A stretch of DNA of 64,000 nt, from positions 2,035-66,034 of the forward strand of contig CAIYSL010000102.1 in assembly GCA_903928915.1 (NCBI GenBank). Reading direction: 5' to 3'. Source of the stretch: an uncultured Syntrophobacterales bacterium. Lineage in GTDB: Bacteria > Desulfobacterota > Syntrophia > Syntrophales > UBA5619. Within the stretch, counting starts at the first letter, position 1. Every line of letters starts with the position of its first letter. Position numbers and translations under genes: made by a program. This document shows positions 26,771 through 36,677 of this stretch, piece after piece. The notes under the pieces were generated by a model, which had not been told where the DNA came from, did not search any database, and saw nothing but the letters and a program-made list of their open reading frames with translations.

Positions 26771-27991
26771 CTACGCCGGTGGCACCGCAGGGTCGGCAGG
26801 CCGCGACCAAAGCACCGTCACGGCGTTTCCCCCCCGCCGTTTCACCTCGTACATGGCATCATCGGCCCGCGTCAGCATCTCCTCGACCCGGCGGTCCTCC
26901 GCCGCCAGCTGGGATACGCCGATGCTGATCGTCATGCGCCGGACCTCGCCGCCGGCTTCGATTGCCTGCTCGGCGACCGCCGTCCGCAGACGCTCCGCCG
27001 TCGCCTTGCCGCCGGCAAGGTCGGTCTCCGGCAGCAGGACCGCGAATTCATCGCCCCCGACCCGGCCGAAGACATCGATGTCGCGCAAGAGCTTCTTGCA
27101 CCGCGAGGTGATCGACACCAGCACCCGGTCTCCTGCCGCGTGTCCGTACGTATCGTTGATCTTCTTGAACTGATCGATGTCGAACATCAGCAGGCTGAGG
27201 GGATGGCCGTACCTGCGCGCACGCTGGATTTCCCGCTCTCCCTGATCGAAGAAGCAGCGGTTGTTGGCGATATTGGTGAGGTAATCGGTCGTGGCCAGCC
27301 GCCGCAGCTCCACCTGGGCGCTCTTCAGGTCGATCTCCAGCCGTTCGCTGTTGAGCATCACAAACCCGAGGTTCCAGGCTACACCAAAAAAAACGGAGAC
27401 CAAAAACGTGGCCGCCTGCATCATGCTGGGCACATACAGGTCATGCGGCCCGGGGTCGAGCGCCGTCGCGATGGCGCGGACAAACAGGAACAGGGCGTGC
27501 AGGCCGAAGAGGCTGCCGGTGAACAGGTAGGAGAACCGCTGGCCCGACGGGGTGTTGGCCAGCAGCTCCCAGGCGCAAACCCCATAGAACAGCGCCAGGG
27601 AAAGCGACAGGAGGATGATCCGCACGCCCGTATCGTTGTCCACGTAGGTGAAGTAGGCGACCAGCAGCGCATAGGCAACGAGGGGGACAAGGAGGCTCCC
27701 GATGCGCCGGCCGGGAGCGCCGCGAAACCGGTGCGTCCCTTCCAGGTACAGCGCCGCCGCCGCGATCAGGAAGACATTTGCCAGCACGATCGTGAACAGG
27801 GGGGGTATCATCCCGCGCAGGGAGATCAGCAGGAATCCCACGGTCCAGGCAGCGGTTCCCGCGGCCCAGGCCCCGAACCCGGGATAGGTCTTGCGCGTCA
27901 GCCAGATCAGGGTGATGGTGATGCTGAGCATCACGCCGACCCCGGTCAGCATCACGGAAAGCGAACGAATGTCAAGCGAAAATGGAACCAT
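26771..27991 (-). CDS. Membrane-bound diguanylate cyclase (multi-TM N-terminal domain + GGDEF)
   Basis: ~7 hydrophobic helices, then DYLTNIANNR...FDIDQFKKINDTYGHAAGDRVL...RVGGDEFAVLL. Confidence 0.9.
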   Translation of the reverse strand: MVPFSLDIRSLSVMLTGVGVMLSITITLIWLTRKTYPGFGAWAAGTAAWTVGFLLISLRGMIPPLFTIVLANVFLIAAAALYLEGTHRFRGAPGRRIGSLLVPLVAYALLVAYFTYVDNDTGVRIILLSLSLALFYGVCAWELLANTPSGQRFSYLFTGSLFGLHALFLFVRAIATALDPGPHDLYVPSMMQAATFLVSVFFGVAWNLGFVMLNSERLEIDLKSAQVELRRLATTDYLTNIANNRCFFDQGEREIQRARRYGHPLSLLMFDIDQFKKINDTYGHAAGDRVLVSITSRCKKLLRDIDVFGRVGGDEFAVLLPETDLAGGKATAERLRTAVAEQAIEAGGEVRRMTISIGVSQLAAEDRRVEEMLTRADDAMYEVKRRGGNAVTVLWSRPADPAVPPA

Positions 27992-28077
27992 ACTGGCATC
28001 CCATCGCAAACGGTCTTCGCGACCGGATCACCCCCGGTTCAGCGCAGCTGCCGCCGGCGAAGCGCGATCGGTTTCGG

Positions 28078-28464
28078 TCACCCCCGCTGGAGTATTTCGA
28101 TCCGGATGTTCTCCGGCCCGCGGACAAAGGCGATCTTGAGGCCCGGCCGGACGACATTCGGTTCCATCGTGAACTCAACCCCTCGCCGCTTCAACTCGGC
28201 GCACGCCGCATCGAGATCGTCCACCCAGAGTCCGAAGTGGTCGAGCCCTTTGTACCGGCCGGCGGCACAACCCGGCAGGTTGTCCTCGGCCGCGGCCTTG
28301 AACAGGAAGATATTCAGGCCATTCAGGTCCACGTCGATCCGGGGCTTTCCCTCCTGAACGGTTTCGATTACCTTCGCATCGAACTTTGTCCGGAAATAGT
28401 CTGCTACGTTCTTCGGATCCTCGCTCACGATATGGCAGTGGTCGAAATGATAGATTGGCGGCAT
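28078..28464 (-). CDS. VOC (glyoxalase/bleomycin-resistance/dioxygenase) family protein
   Basis: Real gene is the 3' part of track ORF 28078..29451. ATG at 28464 gives MPPIYHFDHCHIVSEDPKNVADYF...LDHFGLWVDDLDAACAELKRRGVEF; 128 aa. Confidence 0.8.
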   Translation of the reverse strand: MPPIYHFDHCHIVSEDPKNVADYFRTKFDAKVIETVQEGKPRIDVDLNGLNIFLFKAAAEDNLPGCAAGRYKGLDHFGLWVDDLDAACAELKRRGVEFTMEPNVVRPGLKIAFVRGPENIRIEILQRG

Positions 28465-28493
28465 GGGGCTCTCCTTTGTTATTTGCGGTCGCG

Positions 28494-29369
28494 TTACTCG
28501 GTGTAGCCGGCGGCCTGCTTGTACCAGTCGAGGATCTCGCTTCCCGTCATGAACAGGACCCCCTCGTGTTTCTTGATGTATTCGAAGATCTTGTCGAAAT
28601 AGCCGATGCGGTGGGGAACGCCCGTGAGATAGGGGTGCACCGCGATCGCCATGATCCGGGCGTTGCCGCTTCCCTCGGCATAGAGGGTGTCGAACTGGTC
28701 GCGGCTGCGATCGTACAGCTCCGCGGACCGGTGGTGCTGCACGGCGTAGATCGGGATGTCGTTGAGCTCCATGGTGTAGGGAATGGAGAAGAGGGTCCCG
28801 TTCTTCACCTTCAGCGGGTAGGGCAGGTCGTCGTTCACCCAATCCAGGCAGTACTCGATCCCCTCCTCCGCCAGGATATCGGGAGTGTGGAGCGTCTCGT
28901 GCAGGCCCGGTCCCATCCAGCCGCGCGGCTTCTGCCCCGTTTTTTTCTGGATGGCCTCGATCGTCCTGCGGATCGCCAAGCGTTCGTCCTTCTCCTTCGG
29001 GAGGGCCCGCTGTTCGTAGCTGTGGCCGAAGAGCTCCCAGCGGCTCTTGAGGCAGGCATCGACGATCCGCGGGTAGGCGGTGCATACCGAGCCGTTCAGG
29101 CTGACCGAGGCCCGGATGGCGTGCCGATCCAGGACGTCGATGATCCGCCAGATGCCGACCCGCATCCCGTAGTCGTACCATCCGTAGTTGGTGACGTCCG
29201 GCACGATCACGGCGCCCTGCGGCGGGGGCAGGACCGTGCGCGCCATCGGTTCGTCGAAGGGCCACTCCTCGATATTCACGACCACCCAGACGGCGATCCT
29301 GGCGCCGCCGGGCAGTTTGAGCGGTGTACGGTCGATGATGGGCAGAAAGTCGGCTCTTGGGTTGGTCAT
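28494..29369 (-). CDS. Polysaccharide-deacetylase-family (PuuE-like) hydrolase
   Basis: 291 aa; ARIAVWVVVNIEEW...DYGMRVGIWRI...GHSYEQ pattern resembles the NodB-fold/PuuE family. Confidence 0.7.
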   Translation of the reverse strand: MTNPRADFLPIIDRTPLKLPGGARIAVWVVVNIEEWPFDEPMARTVLPPPQGAVIVPDVTNYGWYDYGMRVGIWRIIDVLDRHAIRASVSLNGSVCTAYPRIVDACLKSRWELFGHSYEQRALPKEKDERLAIRRTIEAIQKKTGQKPRGWMGPGLHETLHTPDILAEEGIEYCLDWVNDDLPYPLKVKNGTLFSIPYTMELNDIPIYAVQHHRSAELYDRSRDQFDTLYAEGSGNARIMAIAVHPYLTGVPHRIGYFDKIFEYIKKHEGVLFMTGSEILDWYKQAAGYTE

Positions 29370-29432
29370 GATTTTTCCCCTTTCTCGTTCCTTCGGTTCC
29401 CTCGGCTGCCGACCCTCGCGCCGGCCGGCAGT

Positions 29433-29461
29433 GTATAAATCGTCCCGGCAACCGCTGTCAA
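29433..29461 (-). promoter_or_regulatory. Sigma-70-type promoter for the deacetylase/VOC genes
   Basis: Minus strand TTGACA-N17-TTATAC (plus-strand TGTCAA 29456-29461, GTATAA 29433-29438). Confidence 0.5.
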
Positions 29462-29529
29462 CGGATTTATCGTTGCGCCCGCGCCGCCCGCAGCAGGGGG
29501 ACCGGTTCCGGCGCCGATGTCCGCGGTAT

Positions 29530-31512
29530 TCACTGCGCGGCCGGGTCTCCGTCCCGGGCGTACCCCGGCTGTTCGGCAGCCCCGCTCTTGGCCGCCCCCC
29601 GCTTGACCATGCCCAAGCGGGACTTCAGCGAGCGCCCCTCCCCCCCCCGCAGGGCGTCGTAATACACGGTGTTGGCCATCACTTTCTTCACGTAGTGGCG
29701 GGTCTCCGCGAAGGGGATCGTCTCGATGTAGATCGCCCCTTCCAGCGGCCTGGCGTCGAGCCACCGGCGCGCCCGGCCGGGACCGGCGTTGTAGGCGGCG
29801 GCCGCGAGCACCGGGCTGCCGTCGAGCCCGCCCATGACGTGCCGGAGGTAGAAGGCGCCGAGGGCCACGTTCACCCGCGGCTGATTCACGCGGGACGCAT
29901 GGTATCCCTTCATCCCGATCTTCCGCGCCACCCACCGCGCCGTGGCGGGCAAGAGCTGCATCAACCCCGATGCCCCCGCCGAGGAACGGGCATCGACGAT
30001 GAACCGGCTCTCCTGGCGCACCAGACCCAGGACCCACGGCTCGTCGATCTGCCGGAGGCGCGCCTGCTCGGCGAGCACCTTGCCGTACGGCGCGGGATAG
30101 CGCATGCTGAAGTCGTGCAGGGAAACGGTCTTGTCGGCGGTGTTGATGGCCCGGTCCCAGATCCCGTTGCGGCGTGCCAGTTCGGCGGCGGCCAGCAGCT
30201 GCCGGTCCTCCATCGGCCGGATGGCCCACACCCACTCGGCGGTGGCCTCGCTGCGCAGCCCGAGCCGGTAGAGCGCCAGAGCCCGCTTGATGCCCCCCAG
30301 AGAAGCGACCCGGGCAATCTCCTCTTTCGTCGGGGGCGCCGCCTGCGGCGGGATCGTAAGCGGGATCCCCAGCTCCTCGGCGGCCAGCTGGCCGTAGAAA
30401 TGGTGCTCCTGGGCGATGCACCCGAACAGTCGCTTCCCCTCCTCGGGGGCGCCGAGTTCGCAGAGCGCTCTTCCCAGCCAGTAGACCCAGACCGGCTCGT
30501 TGAAGACCGACGCTTCCATCCGCTCGATCGCGGCCTTCACCTCCCGCCAGTCCCCCTGCCTGAGCGCGATCCGGGCGCGCCAGGCCAGCTGTTCGTCCGA
30601 AAGGGGCGCTGCCCCTGCCTCCCCGAACCAGGCGAGTGCCTCGGGAAGATGGCGGCGCGCCCCCTGCTCCGCCAGCACCCCCCAGACGTAGCCTCGCTCC
30701 TCGCTGCCGAAGCGCTCCCGGAGCGCGGGCCGGCGCCACCGGTTCACCGCGGCCTCCGGGTCGTTCTGGGCCAGCCGCGTGAGGGCCGCAATCGCCAGTT
30801 CGCGCCCCGCAGCCGTATCCAGCTCTGCCCCGGCGCCCTCCAGGTACGCGGCCGGCGCCTGGACGATCCGGTCGATCCGGTGCGCCCGCGGGAGCTGGCC
30901 GCCGGGGAAAAGCTCACCGAGGCGCTTGGCCTCCGCGATCAGCCCCGCGCGGACGAGAACCCGGAACCGGTCGGCCAGGTCCCGGGGCGTCAGGTCCCCC
31001 GAACGCGCCATCGCCTCCGTCAGCAGCGCGCATCCCTCGGGGAGCGCCCGCTGCTCCTTCAGGATCCGCCTGAGCGCGGGCGGCACCGATTCGTCCCGGT
31101 TCAGCCAGCGCTCCTGCAGGGCGTAACAGGCCACCTCGGGATCGTCCTTGACCAGGGCCGGGTGCTCCCGCCGAAACAGCTCCCATTGTCCATTCCTCCC
31201 CAGCAGGCGCAGCCACTCCCGACGCAGCTGGTCGGCAAGGAGCGTCCCGGAGTTCCGGGCCAGGAACTCATGCAGTTCGCCCGGATCGGCCCGGTCGAGG
31301 CGGAGCCGGAGTCCCCAGAAGACCGCGTAGGACTCCAGCAGGTGGCCCCGGACCTTCTCCGCCTGGCGGGCCAGCTTGGCCCGGTCGCCGGCCGAAAAGG
31401 CGTCGCGGGCCGCAAGCAGCGCCTTGTCCCGGGATCCGCCGTCGGCCGCCGGGAGCGTCAGGGGGGCCGCGATCAGGCTGGCCGCAATCATCATGCATAG
31501 GAGCGTCCTCAT
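29530..31512 (-). CDS. slt: Soluble lytic murein transglycosylase (Slt70-like)
   Basis: Signal peptide MRTLLCMMIAASLIAAPLTLPAA, a long superhelical N-domain, and the C-terminal SLT motif VRQESRF...SSAGASGLMQLLPATA...AAYNAGPG. Confidence 0.9.
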   Translation of the reverse strand: MRTLLCMMIAASLIAAPLTLPAADGGSRDKALLAARDAFSAGDRAKLARQAEKVRGHLLESYAVFWGLRLRLDRADPGELHEFLARNSGTLLADQLRREWLRLLGRNGQWELFRREHPALVKDDPEVACYALQERWLNRDESVPPALRRILKEQRALPEGCALLTEAMARSGDLTPRDLADRFRVLVRAGLIAEAKRLGELFPGGQLPRAHRIDRIVQAPAAYLEGAGAELDTAAGRELAIAALTRLAQNDPEAAVNRWRRPALRERFGSEERGYVWGVLAEQGARRHLPEALAWFGEAGAAPLSDEQLAWRARIALRQGDWREVKAAIERMEASVFNEPVWVYWLGRALCELGAPEEGKRLFGCIAQEHHFYGQLAAEELGIPLTIPPQAAPPTKEEIARVASLGGIKRALALYRLGLRSEATAEWVWAIRPMEDRQLLAAAELARRNGIWDRAINTADKTVSLHDFSMRYPAPYGKVLAEQARLRQIDEPWVLGLVRQESRFIVDARSSAGASGLMQLLPATARWVARKIGMKGYHASRVNQPRVNVALGAFYLRHVMGGLDGSPVLAAAAYNAGPGRARRWLDARPLEGAIYIETIPFAETRHYVKKVMANTVYYDALRGGEGRSLKSRLGMVKRGAAKSGAAEQPGYARDGDPAAQ

Positions 31513-31681
31513 ATCCCCGTCCCCGCTTCCCGAGCGCCGCTTCTTTTCCCCGCACTGATCACCGTTCTACCCCGCCACCGCGTACCTGCTGCACCGGTTC
31601 CGAAACCCACCGGCCCGGCCTCGCCTCCAGCCACCGCGCCGGGGCGCGCACAGCCGCACCGAACCTGCCGGCCGGGTCGCC

Positions 31682-31690
31682 ATTATACCA
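31682..31690 (-). promoter_or_regulatory. Extended -10 promoter element (TGGTATAAT) upstream of slt
   Basis: Minus strand ccaTGGTATAATggc. There is no good -35; it would give a ~170-nt leader. Confidence 0.35.
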
Positions 31691-31769
31691 TGGAGCAGCG
31701 GGTGCGCCGAGAAAATTGCGCTCCCCGGCCCCTCGCCTGCAAATCCCCGCCGCCGCCCGAGCGGAGGGA

Positions 31770-32579
31770 TCAGCCGCCTCCTTCCGGTGGGGCCGCTGCG
31801 GCCAGCATCTCCCGCAGCATCACCTCCGGATGACGGTACCGTTCGTACTGCGGCGTCTTCTTCCCGAGCTGGATCGCCTCCTGCGGGCACCACTGGATGC
31901 AGGCGAAGCACTGTTCGCACCGGTGCAGCCAGCGGGGCCTCTCCGCCGCGAGGGCGATGTTCCCGCTGGGGCAGATCGCCGTGCAGACGCCGCAGGCGTT
32001 GCACTTCTCATCGACCCAAAAGCTCCCGTCCATCCGGGGGACCTGGCGAAAGGAAAGGCGGTAGAGCAGGGAAAACAGAACGTTCTGCCAGCGGGGGCCC
32101 TTTTCGACGGGCAGCTCCTCCCGTGCGGAAACCGCGGCGGCGATCCGCTCGATCTTCCTTGTCGCCCCGTCGAACCGCGCCTGCTGCTTCTCCCGCGGTC
32201 CTGGCCCGCCCCAGGGGATGTAGTTGGAGGGCATGGCAATCTCGAACCCGGCGGCAAGGGCCATCCCCCGTTTCGCCATCAGCCGCTCCAGCTGGACCAG
32301 CGTGGCGGCGACCTGGCCGGCATTGACGGCGACGGCGAAGTGGTACCGGGCGGGGTTCGGGACGAGAGACTCCACGAAGGCGATCACCCGCTGCGGCAGG
32401 CCCCAGATGTGAACGGGAAAGACGATCCCGATCGCGTCGGCCCCGCTCCCGGAAACCTCCCCGGCAGCGGGCCGCATCGGCGAGACACGCCCCGCGCCGA
32501 GCCGGCCCGCCAGCGTCCGGGCGATCCAGAGAGAGTTCCCGGTCCCCGTGCAATAGTACAGATCGGTCCTCATGGTCAT
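31770..32579 (-). CDS. EFR1-type flavodoxin-like/2x[4Fe-4S] ferredoxin protein
   Basis: N-terminus YYCTGTGNSLWIAR (flavodoxin-like) plus two Cys clusters, CNACGVCTAICP and CEQCFACIQWCP. Confidence 0.8.
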   Translation of the reverse strand: MTMRTDLYYCTGTGNSLWIARTLAGRLGAGRVSPMRPAAGEVSGSGADAIGIVFPVHIWGLPQRVIAFVESLVPNPARYHFAVAVNAGQVAATLVQLERLMAKRGMALAAGFEIAMPSNYIPWGGPGPREKQQARFDGATRKIERIAAAVSAREELPVEKGPRWQNVLFSLLYRLSFRQVPRMDGSFWVDEKCNACGVCTAICPSGNIALAAERPRWLHRCEQCFACIQWCPQEAIQLGKKTPQYERYRHPEVMLREMLAAAAPPEGGG

Positions 32580-32730
32580 CTCCTCGCAGCGCGCCTCCGA
32601 CGCGGTATGGCCGCAATTGTAGTCCAGAATTCCCCCCGTTGCCAGGAGAAATGCAACCGGATAAATCCATTGACTTCAAGGGGTCAAAGTGATAGGGAAA
32701 CTACCCTCCGCACGGAGGGGCGGGGTTCAT

Positions 32731-34011
32731 ATGCTGGACATCAAGTATCTCAGGCAGAACAGCGAATTCGTCAGCGCGAAGATGCGCGAACGGGGCCAAG
32801 AGCTGAACATCGAGCGCTTCGTCAGCCTCGACGCCCGCCGGCGGGACATCATCCAGGAGGTCGAAGGGCTCCGGAGCGAGCGCAACGCCGTGTCCAAACG
32901 GATCGGCGAGAAGAAGAAAAATCGGGAAGACGCCGCGGAGCTGATCGCACGGATGGGCGAGGTCTCCGACCGGATCAAGGAGCTGGACGAGCAGCTGAAG
33001 GGGGCCGATGAGGAGCTCCAGTCGATCCTGATGACGCTCCCCAACATCCCGCACGCCTCGGTCGTTGTCGGGACCTGCGCCGGCGACAACCCCGTCGTCC
33101 GCGCCTGGGGCGAGAAGCCTGCCTTCTCCTTCACCCCGCGGCCCCACTGGGAGATCGGCGAGGAGCTGAACATCCTGGACTTCACCCGGGGGGCGAAGAT
33201 CACCGGCGCGCGCTTCACGCTGTACCGCGGACTCGGCGCGCGGCTCGAACGGGCGATCATCAATTTCATGCTCGACCTCCACACCCGGGAGCACGGCTAC
33301 ACCGAGGTGCTCACCCCCTTCCTGGTCAACCGGGAGAGCATGACGGGTACGGGGCAGCTCCCCAAGTTCGAGGAGGACCTGTTCCGGGTCGACGCGGTGG
33401 ACTATTTCCTCATCCCCACGGCGGAGGTCCCGGTGACGAACATCCACCGGGACGAGATCCTGGGCGAGAAGGAGCTGACGATCTCCTACTGCGCCTACTC
33501 CCCCTGCTTCCGCGCGGAGGCGGGCTCCTACGGGAAGGATACGCGGGGACTGATCCGCCAGCACCAGTTCAACAAGGTGGAGCTGGTGAAGTTCGCCCGG
33601 CCCGAGACCTCCTATGAGGAGCTGGAAAAGCTGACCCTGAACGCCGAGGAGGTCCTCAAACGGCTGCGGATCCCCTACCGGGTGGTGTCGCTCTGCACGG
33701 CGGACCTCGGCTTCTCCGCGGCGAAGACCTACGACATCGAGGCGTGGCTCCCCGGCCAGGAGGCCTACCGGGAGATCTCCTCGTGCAGCAACTTCGAGGA
33801 TTTTCAGGCGCGCCGCGCGGCGATTCGGTTCCGCCGCGAGGAAGGGCAGAAGGTGGAGTACGTCCACACCCTGAACGGTTCGGCCCTGGCCGTGGGCAGG
33901 ACCCTCGTCGCCGTCCTGGAGAACTGCCAGCTCTCCGACGGGAGCGTCGTGATCCCCGAGGCGCTTCGGCCCTACATGGGGGGAGTTGACAGGATCACCG
34001 CCGCAAGGTAG
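32731..34011 (+). CDS. serS: Serine--tRNA ligase
   Basis: ATG at 32731: [14 protein letters not shown].... N-terminal coiled-coil arm and class II motifs ([37 protein letters not shown]); 426 aa. Confidence 0.95.
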   Translation: MLDIKYLRQNSEFVSAKMRERGQELNIERFVSLDARRRDIIQEVEGLRSERNAVSKRIGEKKKNREDAAELIARMGEVSDRIKELDEQLKGADEELQSILMTLPNIPHASVVVGTCAGDNPVVRAWGEKPAFSFTPRPHWEIGEELNILDFTRGAKITGARFTLYRGLGARLERAIINFMLDLHTREHGYTEVLTPFLVNRESMTGTGQLPKFEEDLFRVDAVDYFLIPTAEVPVTNIHRDEILGEKELTISYCAYSPCFRAEAGSYGKDTRGLIRQHQFNKVELVKFARPETSYEELEKLTLNAEEVLKRLRIPYRVVSLCTADLGFSAAKTYDIEAWLPGQEAYREISSCSNFEDFQARRAAIRFRREEGQKVEYVHTLNGSALAVGRTLVAVLENCQLSDGSVVIPEALRPYMGGVDRITAAR

Positions 34012-34025
34012 CATGCACAACACGC

Positions 34026-34111
34026 GGAGGGATGGCCGAGTGGTCTATGGCGGCGGTCTTGAAAACCGTTGACCGAAAGGTTCGCGGGTTCGAATCCTGC
34101 TCCCTCCGCCA
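34026..34111 (+). tRNA. tRNA-Ser (anticodon UGA), CCA encoded
   Basis: GGAGGGA acceptor pairs with TCCCTCC. Anticodon arm GCGGT-CTTGAAA-ACCGT. Long variable arm. T-arm GCGGG-TTCGAAT-CCTGC, then G-CCA. Confidence 0.9.
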
Positions 34112-34163
34112 GATACGCACCCGGCTTGTCGACCCGGGCCGCAGCGGAACAGAACATGATCGC

Positions 34164-34258
34164 GGAGAGATGGCTGAGTGGCCGAAAGCGATCGCCTGCT
34201 AAGCGATTGTACGCCCTTCAAAGGTGTACCGCGGGTTCGAATCCCGCTCTCTCCGCCA
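34164..34258 (+). tRNA. tRNA-Ser (anticodon GCU), CCA encoded
   Basis: GGAGAGA/TCTCTCC acceptor. Anticodon arm ATCGC-CTGCTAA-GCGAT. Long variable arm. T-arm GCGGG-TTCGAAT-CCCGC, then G-CCA. Confidence 0.9.
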
Positions 34259-34282
34259 TTTTTTCCACCGGCGCTCCCGCGC

Positions 34283-35209
34283 TCAGGTCGCCTGCCCGGT
34301 GCGCCGATCCATACTGTAAGAGCTCCCCTTGGCCTTCTTGGCGAAGTGCTTCATCTCCGAGGCCGCCCCGGTCAGCTCGCCGAAGTGGGAGAAGCCGCGC
34401 CCCGCGGTGTCCGTGACGCCGATCGAGATGCCGATGAAAGGGAAGAACCCCGCGACCCCCTGGCGGCTCACCGACTCGACCCCGCCCTTGTCCCGGTCCT
34501 CCTGGTCATAGAGCGTCGGGATGATCTGGTCGAAGGCGCGGATGATCTCGCCGCAGGCCCCCTCGATCAAACCCGCATCCATGATGAACACGAAATCGTC
34601 GCCGCCGATGTGGCCGACGAAACTCCCCCTCGGCTGCATGCTCTTGACGAAGTTGAGGATGAGACGCCCCGTGACCTTGATCACCTCGTCGCCGCGGCTG
34701 AACCCGTACTTGTCGTTGAAGGGCTTGAAAAAATCGAGATCGGCGTAGGCGAAGGCGAACACCTCGCCCCGGCTGAGGCGGTCTTCGAGCTGCCGGTTGA
34801 TCGAGATGTTGCCCGGCAACCGGGTCAGGGGGTTGATCTCCACGACCCGCTCGGCCCGACTGAGGGCGAGCCGCACCCGGGCGAGGAGGTCCCGTTCGAG
34901 ATCCGCCTTCAGGAGATAATCCTCCACGAGGAGGCCCTCCCAGAAAGCGGCGGGCGGCCGGTCGCCGATGACGGCCAGGATCGGAAGCTGGTTGAACATC
35001 GGGTCTTCCTTGAGGGTGTTGATGCTCTCCCCCATCCCGCCGTCGCCCGGGGCGATCTCGGCAATCACCAGGTCGGGGATGTCGTTGTAGATCGAATCGA
35101 CGGCCGATACCATGCCGCCCAGGACGAGGGTGCGGAAATGGGGGGAGAGGAGCCGGTCGGCGAGGGTGGTCAGCAGGGGGTCCTGGGAGACGACGACGAT
35201 TCGTTTCAT
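34283..35209 (-). CDS. Pseudo-receiver + GGDEF-family domain protein (GGDDF variant)
   Basis: ATG at 35209 (MKRIVVVSQDP...). The receiver-like fold has SQD in place of the DD pair and E in place of the phospho-Asp (DLVIAEIAPGDGG). C-terminal LTRLPGN...DLDFFKPFNDKYGFSRGDEVI...HIGGDDFVFIM. Confidence 0.85.
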   Translation of the reverse strand: MKRIVVVSQDPLLTTLADRLLSPHFRTLVLGGMVSAVDSIYNDIPDLVIAEIAPGDGGMGESINTLKEDPMFNQLPILAVIGDRPPAAFWEGLLVEDYLLKADLERDLLARVRLALSRAERVVEINPLTRLPGNISINRQLEDRLSRGEVFAFAYADLDFFKPFNDKYGFSRGDEVIKVTGRLILNFVKSMQPRGSFVGHIGGDDFVFIMDAGLIEGACGEIIRAFDQIIPTLYDQEDRDKGGVESVSRQGVAGFFPFIGISIGVTDTAGRGFSHFGELTGAASEMKHFAKKAKGSSYSMDRRTGQAT

Positions 35210-35211
35210 GG

Positions 35212-36048
35212 CTACAGGGTCAGGCCGCCCTCTTCGTCGCGGCACGCCTCGAGTTTGTCCAGGACCTCCAGGATGTCATCCTCGCTCAGGGCGAGCAGTT
35301 CGAAGGACGGCGGATGGACGGCGGGGACCAGCGAGTCTCCGGAAAAACCGAACCCCCGCGCCCGCACCAGGAGGTCGGAGAAATGGACGATCGCCGTCTC
35401 CAGGGGGGCCTTCTTGGTCAGACCCGGGCGATGATGGTACTGGATCACGTCGACAAGGTTCGGCGGGAAGCGCCACTTCTCGGCGAGCCACATCCCGACG
35501 ACGGCATGGGTCTCCTGGAACACCTCCCGTTCCGCATCGAAGATGGGTACCCGTCGGGAGGCGGCCTGGTTTATCGCCTCCTCGTACAGCGGCGCGTACT
35601 CCATGACCATGATCACCTTGCCGATGTCGTGCAGAAGCCCTGCCACGGAGACCTCTTCGGGGTCCTTGATCCCCTTCTTCTCGGCGATCGCCCGGGCAAC
35701 GGCGGCGCAGCCCACGGAATGGTCCCACAGCCCGCCCATCAGCTGCTGCATGATCTCGAACACCGAGATCCCCAGCAACAGCCCCTTGACCACGTTGAGC
35801 CCCAAAAGCATGATGGCGTGGGAGACCGAGGAGATCCGCCCGGGGAACCCGTAGATGGCGGAGTTGATCATCTTGAGGACCTTGGTCGTCAGGGCCGGGT
35901 CCTTGGAGACGAATTCGCTGATCTCGCTGAGGGTGATGCCCGGTTTGCCGATCACCTGGGAAATCCGCTTGAAGGTCCCCGGCGCGGTCGGCAGGGCGTT
36001 GATGTTCTCGAGCTTTGCCCGTTGGGTCCTGATGTCTATCCGTTCCAC
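35212..36048 (-). CDS. HDOD-domain protein
   Basis: LPTAPGTFKRISQVIGKPGITLSEISEFVSKDPALTTKVLKMINSAIYGFPGRISSVSHAIMLLG is the canonical HDOD N-terminal region. HDIGK is present. Confidence 0.9.
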   Translation of the reverse strand: MERIDIRTQRAKLENINALPTAPGTFKRISQVIGKPGITLSEISEFVSKDPALTTKVLKMINSAIYGFPGRISSVSHAIMLLGLNVVKGLLLGISVFEIMQQLMGGLWDHSVGCAAVARAIAEKKGIKDPEEVSVAGLLHDIGKVIMVMEYAPLYEEAINQAASRRVPIFDAEREVFQETHAVVGMWLAEKWRFPPNLVDVIQYHHRPGLTKKAPLETAIVHFSDLLVRARGFGFSGDSLVPAVHPPSFELLALSEDDILEVLDKLEACRDEEGGLTL

Positions 36049-36078
36049 AAGATGCTCCGCCCAGCGCAGAAGGAGGTT

Positions 36079-36375
36079 CTATCGGTAGAGGCCTTCGATG
36101 TGCCTCCGGACCAGGTTCTTGATCGCGGCCATGTGGGGTTTGTCGCCGACGGTCGCGAACCGACCCTCCAGGCCGGCCAGCGCCTCGTCGAGCGGCACCG
36201 CCTGTTCGGAAGGCCCCTCCACATAAATCCCGTCCACATTCATGTCTTTGAGGTTATCGATCCACCGCTCCGTCAGTTCGGTCCCTTCGCCCAGGAGGGT
36301 CATCCCGTTCTTCCCGATGATCGGTTTGGCCAGCTTCATCCCCGGCTGCAGGTTTTCGGCCCTCATCTTCGGCAT
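36079..36375 (-). CDS. Hypothetical 98-aa protein (first gene of the HDOD/GGDEF operon)
   Basis: ATG preceded by AAGGAGAGGG. MPKMRAENLQPGMKLAKPIIGKNGMTLLGEGTELTERWIDNL resembles N-terminal modules often fused to HD-type signalling proteins. Function unknown. Confidence 0.6.
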   Translation of the reverse strand: MPKMRAENLQPGMKLAKPIIGKNGMTLLGEGTELTERWIDNLKDMNVDGIYVEGPSEQAVPLDEALAGLEGRFATVGDKPHMAAIKNLVRRHIEGLYR

Positions 36376-36677
36376 TGCCCTCTCCTTATCCCGCCTGCCG
36401 GCGGCTGCCCGCGTCGTCCTTCACAGGGTATTCGGAATATACGGCCTTTAGCTGAAATATTCAAGGAATCTTGTCGCCGCAGCCGGACGGCCGCCGGCCG
36501 GGGATGCAGCCGGCGCTCTGTGACGCGCCTCACATGATCTGAGTGATTTCACTAACATATTCCCCAATAATGCTTGACACGCCATCAACCCTGTGAAAAA
36601 GTTGACCAAAATTCTTCCTGCGATCGACCGTTCGCAGCTGCACGGCTGCGCGGTATCGGCAGGCAAGGAGACCGATC

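Noticed and set aside
28078-29451. The 457-aa ORF read as one gene
   Set aside because: Only the last 128 aa (VOC protein from 28464) are protein-like. The rest overlaps the deacetylase gene out of frame.
29188-31500. The 770-aa plus-strand ORF and other shadows over slt, plus similar shadows at 22129..23175, 23564..24901, 26762..28357, 37839..38996, 49872..51491, 55027..56718 and 62222..63169
   Set aside because: Each is antisense or out of frame to a gene with strong family motifs. All have biased R/P/G/H/D composition.
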